64,000 nt of DNA, taken from the NCBI RefSeq assembly GCF_006345805.1, contig NC_042999.1:32364001-32428000 (forward strand). Reading direction: 5' to 3'. The notes beneath the pieces were generated by a model, which was not told the origin of the DNA, searched no databases, and saw nothing but the letters and a program-made list of their open reading frames with translations. Below, piece after piece: positions 52,449-64,000 of the stretch (positions are counted from its first letter, which is position 1; the number at the start of each line of letters is the position of its first letter). The DNA is from Octopus sinensis. Taxonomy: Eukaryota. The translations under genes and the position numbers were made by a program.

Positions 52449-54174
52449 GCATACATAATCTCTCGCAGACACACACACATAAATGTATGTGTGTGTGTGT
52501 GCAAGTGTCTGTGTGTGTGTGTGTCTGTGTGTGTATGCGCGCGCATGTATTATACCCAAAGACTTTTGATATTTTCCGCACCCATCATCTTCTAAGTTCC
52601 GATAGAGAATCTCTGGTCGGATACTCTGGTGCGTGTTCTCTTCTTCGTTGGCGTTCAGTAGAATTGTTCCAGTAATGTATCTGTCGTCTCTTTTTACTGC
52701 TAAATGAGTGATTATTTCCATCTATCAGTTACATATATCTTATCTATGCTACAGTAAAGATGTAGAATAGATACAAGAAGTCATTAATTGCCATAATTTC
52801 CTTCTCTATATCCTCATTTATTGGTTGATAATAATGAAAATAGGTTTGTTGCGATAACGCTTTATCTTTATTACATAAGATTATTAATGTAACCTTTGCT
52901 GCCCCATTTGCTCAATTATCTTCTCGATGAAGTCGAAGTGACCCAATGTTGCTGACATTGTTCTCCATCCTATTCAGAAGTTTGGTTTGGTTGGAAAATG
53001 ATTCTATTGATTTAATACAGAACGTTGCCTACAATGGTGCTAAATCATTCATTATGCATTGACTTTGAATAAATAGCGACCGTTTTACCGTTGGAATAAT
53101 GAAAGCATGGAAGTTTCAGGAAATTAATTTCTTGACACTCATTAGCATCAACAATTGACAAGTGAGAGTTATTTTCCCTTGAAATGCTAAGGTTAACAAA
53201 TTGCTGTTGAACCAATCATTGGATGGATACTAAGAATAGAATATTGCTTCGGAAGAATTTTGAAGTAATTACAACCTATAGAATTTATTTAAAATTAATG
53301 TAAGTCAGTTTCAGCCTCAAATGAATTGCACAATATACATAGAAACACTTATGTCTTAGACCTTATACGTCTTGTTTCCCACTTTATACAGATAATTTCG
53401 GCTCTAACATTCAATTTATAAGCTGTCATTTATTAAACGAACTTGAACTGCGTGTATTTATATATAATTATCTTATTGTTTCGCTAGAGTAATTAAGTAC
53501 TTTTAATTATACTTTTCAGAACTACATATGTGGAATCCATCAGTAAAGGATAAAGGAAAATCAAACAGATATAAATACCCTGACATAAGGAAATATTGGA
53601 ATGTTTTGTAATATCTATTGTTCTTCAATCGAGATTAGATGAGATAACAGTTTGGCCTGGAAATTCAGTTGCATAGCATTACTATATGTAACAAGGTACA
53701 CAAATATAAATACATTTTATTATTAAATTGCTTGTCGCAAAATGCAGATATGCTCTAATATAACGCAATATGTGCATCGTTGCTGAACGGTAATTGGTTT
53801 GTAAAAACGTTGCCAAGATAGATTATAGAAATTTCTATATACCTAACCTTTTTGTTGCACATTCAAAATAAATTTTCGTAATAGATTTAAACAGGCAAAA
53901 TATTTCTGAATTACAACTTTTGTTTTTTAATTTAGCTTATAGAAAGACGTAATGCTTCCTAGATTTTACCAGAGAAAGATTTTGGAAATGATAAAATGTG
54001 TTGTTTGTAAAAGGAGATATAGGATAGTATCATTAACAAACATATATAAATATATGACGGAAATATGTCCTCAATTGTAACGTGTAACTATATAGACATA
54101 GAATCATTTAGATAGAGTGGAGTCTATCATGTCATATAGTGAGATACGAAAAAGGGATAAATAGTATTATCCAA

Positions 54175-54382
54175 ACAAGGCGGCGAGCTGGCAGAAACGG
54201 TATTTCGTCTGCGTTACGTTGTGAGTTCAAATTCCGCCGAGGTCGACTTTGCCTTTCATCCTTTCGGGGTCGATAAATTAAGTACCAGTTACGCACTGGG
54301 GTCGATGTAATCGACTTAATACCTATGTCTGTCCTGGTTTGTCCCCTCTGTGTTTAGCCTCTTGTGGGTAATAAAGAAATAG
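54175..54382 (+). mobile_element. Young family 2 SINE with 11-bp TSD and a deletion in the tRNA head
   Basis: GTATTATCCAA at 54164-54174 and 54383-54393; AAGGCGGCGAGCTGGCAGAAAC joined directly to GGTATTTCGTC. Confidence 0.9.
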
Positions 54383-57074
54383 GTATTATCCAAGCAATTA
54401 TCAGAAAAAGAACACTCTTCTGAGAATGTCCAATTTAAAAAAAAAAAGAAAGAAAGGGATATATCTTAACGTTTCAAAATGCACAAATCTAATGTTCGAC
54501 TGTACGCTAAAATTTGACTCAAAATAGCATTACTGTGTACAAGAAAAAGCGTGTTGTTTTCTATAATTTGCTGCTCACATATTTTTGGGGATCTATATTA
54601 TTGCTCAGACAACAGAGTGCATTTAAGGATGATGGTTGCTGCATGAAAACCGCAGAAGGAAACTATCTGAATACATCTCAGCTAAAAGCCTCAAATGGAA
54701 GCCCATATGTCATCATTCAATACAACCTCCTGCTAACAAATGAGAGGCAGCTAACATAAACAAAGAAAAACTTGTAGCCAATATGGGCTATGTTGAATTT
54801 TCATTAGGGTATGTGATGTAATTCCATGCTGTTTCGTTCACACATGTGTTTCCCTGTAAATATAATATGCTTCTGAGCATTAAAGAAAACCGTGGTGCCT
54901 ATAATAATTAAAAACGGTTGAATTATATGGTATTTGGCAACCACTGAGAAATTTTGGTTTATCAAAAATTGCATGTACATGGAACTCTGTACAAGTTTAA
55001 TTTTTTTTCTCTCATAGCGGTATACTGATTTTTTTTTCTGAGAAAACTTATGTGACATCGACGAGCAAGCATTTCACCATGATATTATAACTACAGAACG
55101 CTGCAATGATACTAGTGCTTTCGCTGGTCATATAAGATGAAAATGCCACAAGAAAACAGTGGAATATCCTAAGTATTTTTCATATTATCTTTCATACGTT
55201 TTCATATTTTCTTTCTTTTCAAGTAAGTCACTTCTTAAATATCTCCATTCGAAAACATTTGTACGCATTAAAATTAAGTTTTAGATGTCGTAAATTAATT
55301 TACATTAGGAAAAGCTTGAGTAAAGTTGGTTTTTGTTCTCTCATCATAAATGTAGAGGCGAAGCTAATATCTCAGCCGAAGATGATTATCAGTGTAATGA
55401 CAAGCTGTTCTGAGATAGTCATCAGCAACATAATTCAGGATGTCATACTAGAAAGAATATTTTAGCGTGAAAGAATGTTTTAGCAAGGCAATCAAAGATT
55501 GATTTGTAGGAAAACTAAATGCAACATTAAAATTACGTGTGAAAATATTGATGACATTCTAAATATAGGGCTCCTAAATATACGGACAATGGTTCAGAGA
55601 ACATTTAGATGTTGAAGAGTTTAGAGTCGCACAATGGAGTACATCATAAGTGGATAATTTCAGGGCAGAGCTCTTTCCAATAAAGCAAACCTGAGTAGTG
55701 CGATCTGAAAGAAAGTAAACCAGTTAACGATTTGAAAGAATATTGGAGCCCATAAGTCGGTAGTTTTAATAGTATTCCGTGTTACTGAAACAATCATTGA
55801 TATCCATTACAAAATTGGTTTCACCAAATATCACTTTCATGGCAGGACACTAGAGCTCACATAAAAGAATTAACGTGCAGTAGATAAGAAATTGCGGACG
55901 CCGTACTGGTGACTGCAAGGAGAGAAAAAAACGATTCATTGTGTTGGAGAATTTCTCTGATAAAGTCTATCTCTACTATATTTGAAACACTGGAACTACG
56001 ATGATAAGACGATATTTAGGTGAGCAAGTATCATTACATATCTTGAGAATGTTACTCTCAGTACAGTGATTTCAAAAATAGAAAATCAGATAAATTGGAA
56101 GCCATATCTTAACTCTCTCCACAGAGAAATAAAGATGTAAAAACAAGAATAAGACAAACATAGCTCAGTCAGTCATATTTTATGATTTTGCACTGAAACT
56201 TGAATCAGTTATAAAGAAGTCTTCTCATCCTTTTCACTCTCATTTAAATGGCACTGTCCGTTACAGTTCACTAATTTTATTCATGTATTCATTTAAAGTA
56301 TTTTTATATTCAATAATACTTTATTTTTTATTCCATCACTACCAACAACAATACCATATGTTAATATTTATTTAATTATTTTTCTTTCCTATTAGATCTA
56401 ACAAATATCCTCTTCTGCAAGCATTTAAGAGCGAATAGAAATGAAGCAAATGTCACGTGGGCGACGAATCTTCGCAAACATATTTCTAAGTATTTTGCAC
56501 ATCTATTCTCAATAAAACATCTTCATAATAAGTATCTGAATAATATCTTCGACACTCTATAACTTGAATAAACATTCCAAATATGTCTGTTTCTTTCTAT
56601 TTAACCAGATAACGGCAATATTCATCGGTACACACACACACACATACACATTCATGAACCTTGAGCACTGACACGTATAAAAGTAACTGCGGGTTGATTT
56701 TATTCATTGAGAACTTATCTGCCGGTATGTTTTATATGTTTGTTGTACCTTTCCCTAGGTCTTCACATTGATCCCCATTCCATAGTCAAGCATAGTTCAG
56801 CCATGACAATTTTATTCGATTAATAATCTTCTACTATAATAATACTCTTGTGTTTTCTCCGTCGCAAGATATGACTGAGAAAGGAAGAGGTGGTACATGA
56901 ATAGGGAAGGAAGGGAAATCAAACAGCGTTTTAACTCTGAGTGAGTATATGTGTGTGTACTCGGAGTTTTAGCATGGGTATCGAATAATTGTCACATATA
57001 TTTACAGATAAATTCCTCTATTCACATAATCTCGGGGTCATTTTCATTCTCTTCTTGTCTTACCATTTTTATCA

Positions 57075-57111
<37 letters not shown>

Positions 57112-60100
57112 GTGTGTGTGTGTGTGTGTGTATGTGTGTGTGTATGTATGTGTGTGTGAGTGTGTGTGTGTGAGTGTGTGTGCATAGATAGATAGATAGA
57201 TACATATCAGTGTTTCAGGTTTGATTTTCGTTACATCAGAATTTTTAAATGTACGATTAATGCATAGCTTTGTATAGAAATATTCACTACATCAGCTTAC
57301 TTGTTGCTCATGTTAACATGGCGCGTACTTCACGTTATATAATTTATTACACACATGCGAGTGGATTTGGACTATAAAACAAAAGTGTAAGTTATATATA
57401 TTCTTCAGTTGGAATACGGGATTTAGTTTTCAGATAAGATAAACAAAGACACACAATACGGTTTAGGTTAATGGTATCTATTTTGGTAAGGAATCTAAAA
57501 TACTTAGTGTACAGGAAACCGCGTGAAATGCAAACATAAGTATACATAATGAATGAAAGAAATATTACGTCAAAATAAAATTCCAAGAAAATATGAATAA
57601 ATGATTATCGAGAAAGAGTCTCAAAATCCGTCGATTATAAAGAAAAGGGGTGCAAATTTAAATTCTAATGGCCTATATTGTCCACCTTCTCATAGGTATC
57701 ACACTAAACTTTATATTTATGGAAACCTTATAACATGTAGTCTCCTAATATATTAACTCTGAATATCTCTACAATAAGTATCATGCAGTTTTTGAAATTG
57801 ATTGCGTCTTTTATTTTGTGCATAATTATTATTTTTTTTTAATTCCAAACACCACTTCCATTCTGACATGTAATTATTGCATTTGTGTGTAAGTGCTTGA
57901 TATATCTCAGATATTGATCATGCTGGTAATCATACAGTTTCATTAGTACAAATGTGATGATAACAAATAAAGTGGTTTTCATACACCCTGATGTGCATCA
58001 AATCTAATTCGAACGTAATTGGGAACATTTGTTAGGCAATTATAAGATACGCTTTCTATCTATGTGTATGTTTGACCACAAATAAACAAAAAACTGTGCG
58101 ACGTTGTTTTTATCCTGGAACAATATAAACCGTCTCATAACATTAGTAAAATATATGAACACCATTATAGTTTTCGATTTCATTACAACTGTCTCCTGTT
58201 CTCAGATACGAATATATAAGCTATTATTTTGATGTATCTATATAGAAGAGTCACCTCAATTCATACCAATGTAGCTACTAACAGGTCACATACTACTTCT
58301 TATGTATTTCTAAGATACATATTGCTGTTTAGTACATAGAGCAATTTTATGTTGACAATTTCTAATGTATGTGACATAAATACTATCGCCGCTTCTGTAG
58401 GAACATTTATTTCAACCATCGAGTTACTACGTTCGTTATGTATCACAATTGTATTTTGTGAATGAGATTTTCCAACTTTTACATGTTTTTAATGAAACAT
58501 TAAAATGGAGGTTGGAATTGTATCATTGTAAGGAAAACATTTAGAGATTGCGCTTCAATGCTTGTACCATTAATTCATTTCATAAGCAAATAATCTTCAT
58601 ATTGGTATGATTTAAAATTATACCAACAAAATTATTATACTTTTCAAACCTCTGAATAGCTTATATATCTTCGGGTGAGCAAGAAAATGAATTGAGAAAA
58701 AACAATATCCTTATAAAATAACTCCACTCACAAACGAAATTTATATCGAATTCACAGTGGAGTTAAGACATGTACATAATCCCATGCATAATATTTAGTA
58801 CAAAGGGATGGATATCAATCATGCTTGAAGAAGTTTTCAAAATTTTACTTTAAAAGCAATAATGCATTATTTGAAACTACCTCTTATTGCAAGTGACATA
58901 AAATTGTCCTGGGATCTTTTATATGAATATGTTAGTAGACAGTACGTGTTAATTCATTAAAATACCTTGTGTATTCAATTGTAATCTCAGTAAAATATAT
59001 CAAACGCCTTACACAGAACTCGATACCGGGCAGGAAAGGAAAACATATAGCCTCAATATTCGATATGTTTAGTAAACCGATAGAGTTTCTGCTTTAACAT
59101 AGACGTTTGAATTTAAGCAGTTATAACGTATCAATACTTTCTAACACGGGGTTATCTCTTGAATGATTTGATATGTACAAATAAAGTATTCGTTGTAGTA
59201 TCTATAAAGTTTCCCATTATGTACGTGAGTATTAGAGAGATTATGAGAGAGTTATCAAAACAAATATAGCGAGAGGCAGAGAATGAAACAAGATATGCAG
59301 CAAAAGGTCTCCCGATCATCTTACTTTTGTACATGTGATGGTTCATGTTGTTTACAGTGGCTCACATCTTATTGCGCAAATTTGGGACTAAACGCATCCC
59401 AGAACGCCCTTCTCTATATTAAGGATTATACTGCTTAACTTTTTTTCTCATTTCTAAGCTGATACAACTTGATATCATTGACTGCGTTTTTTAGTAGTGT
59501 GAGCAAGCACCTTCATCATTCAATTGCAGTAGCTTATGATTATTCCTTTAAATTATATTATGTATTTTTCTCACGTTTAATATACTTTCCACCCTTAGCA
59601 ATATAGTGGTATGTCTAAAGTATTTATCAAAACACTGAGATTTTCTAAATATAATAATTAATCATCTATATCTTACCTATGTCTTAAATCTATATCTATA
59701 TCTTATGGATTGTTGGTAAAATTCATTGTAAATTTATTGTTAAATGTAAGACATTTGTGGCAATTTTGTTTCGATATACAATTACAATCCACACAGCGAG
59801 CCATGTCCGACAAGTTATCCAACGATGATCATCTTTATGGAAGGAAATCATATATCTTCCTGCCATAACTTTCATTTCCAAAAGTTAATGACAATTTTGT
59901 AGAATAAATGTCCAATATGTATATCTGTATTCATATATGGATACAGTTATACAGTTTATTCGATGAAATTCATTACTAAATCGAAATTTTATGTTCTGAA
60001 AATTGAAATAAGCAAACCATTGAAGTGGTTATGGATCGAGAAACCTACATCAAATGCATACGTCATCTATATCTTCATTAGAAAACTTTAACTCCTGCAT

Positions 60101-61087
60101 TCTCGATATAGTGTTTTATAACACCCCTGGCGATTTAACCCAAAATTAAGACAATTAACCGTAAACTAAGTTTATAATATGTGTTCATTTCTGTTTCTTT
60201 TGTACACTAACGATATATGTATTAGTTCTAATAATAATCAAATTACAGGATGGCAAAATCTATCTTTCTGTATGCTATTGAAATAAATATAGTACAGGAC
60301 ATTTGGCAATTTAAAGAATTCGTCTTCTGCTATGTATTACACAGAATAAGTTGTATTCGAAAAAAGAAAGACTATTTGTTCCTTATTCTGAAACAATATT
60401 TATACGTTTTATTTAGTACAAGTCTATCTCACAATATGTATGAGAACGACCTTACACATTACATGTGTGAGTTAAATAAGAGAATTTTAACATATGCAAC
60501 ACATCCGTATGAAAATACCTTTAGAATTTATATATAAAACTCTTATTGTTTCTCGATAGAAAATAAAGTGGAAAGCGTAGTTATATCCTATCTCACGACA
60601 GGTTTTAACATGTAATCATTCGCTAAACTAAATAATTTTCACACATGTGAAAGCTCTAGTGTTTCTTAGTGAATCATTTTATAAATGGGAAAATTTTCAA
60701 AAATCTAATCTTTTCAGCAACATCCCTTCCGCCATGCTGGAACCTTAGTATTTTCTAGTGAGGCAGTAAGATATATTATATTCAGATAGCCACCGATAAA
60801 ACACCTTCATATCTCACACAAGGAGAATGTGTCTTTTTACTCTTGTCAAAACTTTGTGTCTTGGACTATCGTGGTTAATTTCCTATTGCTGCAAATTCAT
60901 AAATCTTAAATGTAAATAATTGCTAGCACAAAAAATGCTACATACTTTGGAAATCACAAATTTCTTAAATGGTTGAAGGGTATAAATTAGAAGAGAATGC
61001 AATATCAATAAGCAGAAACAATTTCTTTAGAATCACATCCTTAAAACGAAGGCCAAATTGGATATGGGAAGATAAAAAAATAATAAT

Positions 61088-61380
61088 AATTGCAGCGTGG
61101 AAAGTGTTTATAAGCCATTTAAGAAACACACAAAAACCGTTAGATTCACTTCAACATTTAAATTTAATTTTCAAAATACCTTCGTCACTTTGAGAACAGA
61201 TGTAAATCTGTAAACCGCATATACTGTTGGCCGCATTATACCAGTGATGCAGCACGAGTTTTGTCAGCGAACAGGTCGCGGTCTCAAAGCGACGAAAATA
61301 TTTTCACAAATAAAATTTTAATGTTTAAGTGAATCGAACGTTTTTGTGTGTTCCTTAAATGGCTTATTTACGCTGCAATT
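61088..61380. mobile_element. MITE-like palindromic element (~100-bp imperfect arms)
   Basis: 61088-61197 pairs with 61280-61380, e.g. ATAAGCCATTTAAG..ACACACAAAAA..GATTCACTT and its complement. Confidence 0.75.
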
Positions 61381-61567
61381 GTTTTCTTTCCAGCACACGA
61401 TCTCAGATGAGGTCACTTGCTATGCAACTACATCTCCGTAGACAAAGTATATTATAGTAATATGATATTTATCTTGCTTCAGCTTAGTCACTGCTCTAAT
61501 GTTGCTAATTAGTAACAACTACCGGCCAACACTATATATATTTTACAGATTTACATATATATCTATA

Positions 61568-61612
<45 letters not shown>

Positions 61613-61714
61613 CTATTTATGTAAGTATGTATACATATATAGATATAGATAGATAGAGATATATTTATATATATGCATATATATGTCTGTGTGTATATAT
61701 ATTTAGTGTATAAA

Positions 61715-61950
61715 TGCATGTAAAATAAACGCGAAATTCTGTCTGTTTGCAATCAGGATGATCCCAGGTTTGAAAATCTGCCCTTCATTTGGTTGTTTAC
61801 ATCCATCAGAACGTTTAGGTCTGGATAAAGATTTGCGATATGATAAAACTGAAAATTAAAATTATAAAAGATATCCAAACATTTGTGAACTTACATGTTT
61901 TGCTTTATAACTGAATTTAAATAATACCCTGCTCGTAGGGTAATACCTTA
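61715..61950 (+). mobile_element. Possible non-autonomous Helitron-like fragment
   Basis: Head AAATTCTGTCTGTTTGC; subterminal hairpin TACCCT-GCTCGT-AGGGTA. Confidence 0.3.
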
Positions 61951-62084
61951 TTGGTAGAGTTCCAATAAATACTTTATTATTATTGCTCTATTCAGTTTGG
62001 AGCTAAGAGGCAGCACACTGTGCGGCTTTGAGGCTTATATATATATATAATAATATCTATATATATATGTATATATATATAGAT

Positions 62085-62120
<36 letters not shown>

Positions 62121-62156
62121 GTATGTATATATATATATATATGTATATATATGTGC

Positions 62157-62207
<51 letters not shown>

Positions 62208-62736
62208 TCTATATATATGCATGTATGTATATATATATATATATATATATATACATTGCCGTTATTAATAAGGCAATAATAAGGTGACTAGCAAGTTCAT
62301 ACCGTTAGAGGCACAATATAAGTCAAATTTAGATTCAGTAAGGTGTATATATCCTACCACTTCCTAAAATCAGAGCCGATGCTCCAAAAACCACAATAAA
62401 CTCAGGATAAAGATACACACGAGGAATGCAATAAACATATGAGAATTAAGCTTACGTTCGCGTTGAACAAATCAGTAAGAAATATATATTTCAATATGAA
62501 TTGATTTCACGCTTTGCATGACAAATATGCTCTGTGATCTTCAGTTGCAAATAGCATTTTAACATCTATTTCTAAAATATTCACTACATTAGCTCGTGTG
62601 ACTTCCTTAATTTAAATGCCCTGCTCCGTTTAACGATTTGTATTATATATCCTACTGAATCTACATATATTATCTACATTATATATCTATATATTATGCA
62701 TGCATGTATTATGTATATATATATATATAAATATAT

Positions 62737-62781
62737 AATGGCGGTGCCGCAGCATGGCCACAGCTCGTGAGCTGAAGCTAG

Positions 62782-62828
<47 letters not shown>
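62737..62828 (+). mobile_element. SINE 3'-end fragment with (ATCA)n tail
   Basis: GGCGGTGCCGCAGCATGGCCACAGC resembles the 3' end of family 1; followed by (ATCA)n. Confidence 0.7.
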
Positions 62829-62829
<1 letters not shown>

Positions 62830-62840
62830 TATATGTATAT

Positions 62841-62937
<97 letters not shown>

Positions 62938-62980
62938 ATAATATATATATGTATGTATGTATGTATATATACATAATGTG

Positions 62981-63313
62981 AAGGCACGTGGCTCAGTGGT
63001 TAGAGCGTCGAGCTTACGATCGTGAGGTTGTGAGATCGAATCCCGGACCGGGTTGCGTGTTGTGTTCTTGAGCAAGACACTTTATTTCACGTTACTCCAG
63101 TTCACTCGGCTGTAGAAATGAGTTGCGACGTCACAGGTGCCAAGCTGTATCGGCCCTTGCCTTTCCCTTGGACAACGTCGGTGACGTAGAGAGGGGAGAC
63201 CGGTATGCATGGGCGACTGCTGGTCTCCCATAAAACTACCTTGCCCAGACTTGTGCCTCAGAGGGTAACTCTCTAGGTGCAAACCCATGGTCAGTGTCTG
63301 ACTGAAGGGGGTC
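62981..63313 (+). mobile_element. tRNA-derived SINE, family 3
   Basis: A box TGGCTCAGTGG (62989-62999), B box GATCGAATCC (63034-63043), then GTTCTTGAGCAAGACACTT and a non-tRNA body. Confidence 0.88.
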
Positions 63314-63339
63314 AAAACAAAATACATAAATATATATTT

Positions 63340-63382
<43 letters not shown>

Positions 63383-63393
63383 CACATGTATAT

Positions 63394-63445
<52 letters not shown>

Positions 63446-63458
63446 CATATATATATAT

Positions 63459-63498
<40 letters not shown>

Positions 63499-64000
63499 TT
63501 GAAATGGATAAATGAATTATCTTGTTAAGGATTTTTCAAAATTTAACCGAAACCTGGGCAGCAAAAATCACAACAGAAAAAACACGGTTGAAGTTACGAC
63601 CTTGGGGTGTCGCACGCACATACACATATACAGGCACGCACACACATACATGAAGGTAGGGTCCCACACCTATATAAGATAGCCTTAATTCTTAAAACAA
63701 TCCGAACATTAATTATACAGAATATATTCACACCCTTTTTGTTTTCAGTATTTCTCCCACTACAGGTCTGACCGCAGTCTGACCTTGATTTATTCCAACG
63801 GACTTTTTTCGTCGGCCTCCACCACCACCCCCCTGACGACAACGCACATTGAGAGACAGTTTTGTGCTTTCATGGACTCCTAAGGAGCGTTTTGTTCGAA
63901 TACCTTGCTGCGCATTTGTTTGGGATTTTTAAATTCCTGGTTTTTCCTGAAGAGAATGCTGCAAAATGGTCTCCTTATTCAATCCGAATTTGGAAATTTG

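Noticed and set aside
54514-54759. 81-aa ORF (..QQSAFKDDGCCMKTAEG..)
   Set aside because: No recognisable family, weak start, no supporting exon chain.
62981-63055. tRNA gene
   Set aside because: It has A/B boxes but an imperfect cloverleaf and continues into a SINE body, so it is a SINE head.

Overview
AT-rich, repeat-saturated eukaryotic genomic DNA with no confidently identifiable host protein-coding gene. The SINE families, the dense (AT)n/(CA)n/(TAA)n microsatellites and the Dong/R4 LINEs suggest an octopus-type cephalopod genome; this is inference from recalled repeat families, not a search result. Main contents: (1) A near full-length R4/Dong-clade non-LTR retrotransposon (44414-48388, +) with Myb-like N-terminus, RT, CCHC knuckle and restriction-like endonuclease, broken by one stop and one frameshift. 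(2) Three (TAA)n hubs (16.6-17.8, 20.8-26.7, 43.7-50.0 kb) holding four Dong lineages plus a ~557-bp non-coding passenger element, each hub in a single polarity. (3) Six minimal type I hammerhead ribozyme motifs from four sequence families, all on + and all in small elements embedded in (AT)n tracts; two lie in 546-bp tandem units (Penelope/retrozyme-like). (4) Three tRNA-derived SINE families, including head-to-tail multimers. (5) Two dead Tc1/mariner transposases, a MITE-like palindrome and Helitron-like fragments. Nearly all short ORFs in the supplied track are microsatellite artefacts. The hammerhead-bearing elements and the TAA-targeted passenger are the most interesting signals.
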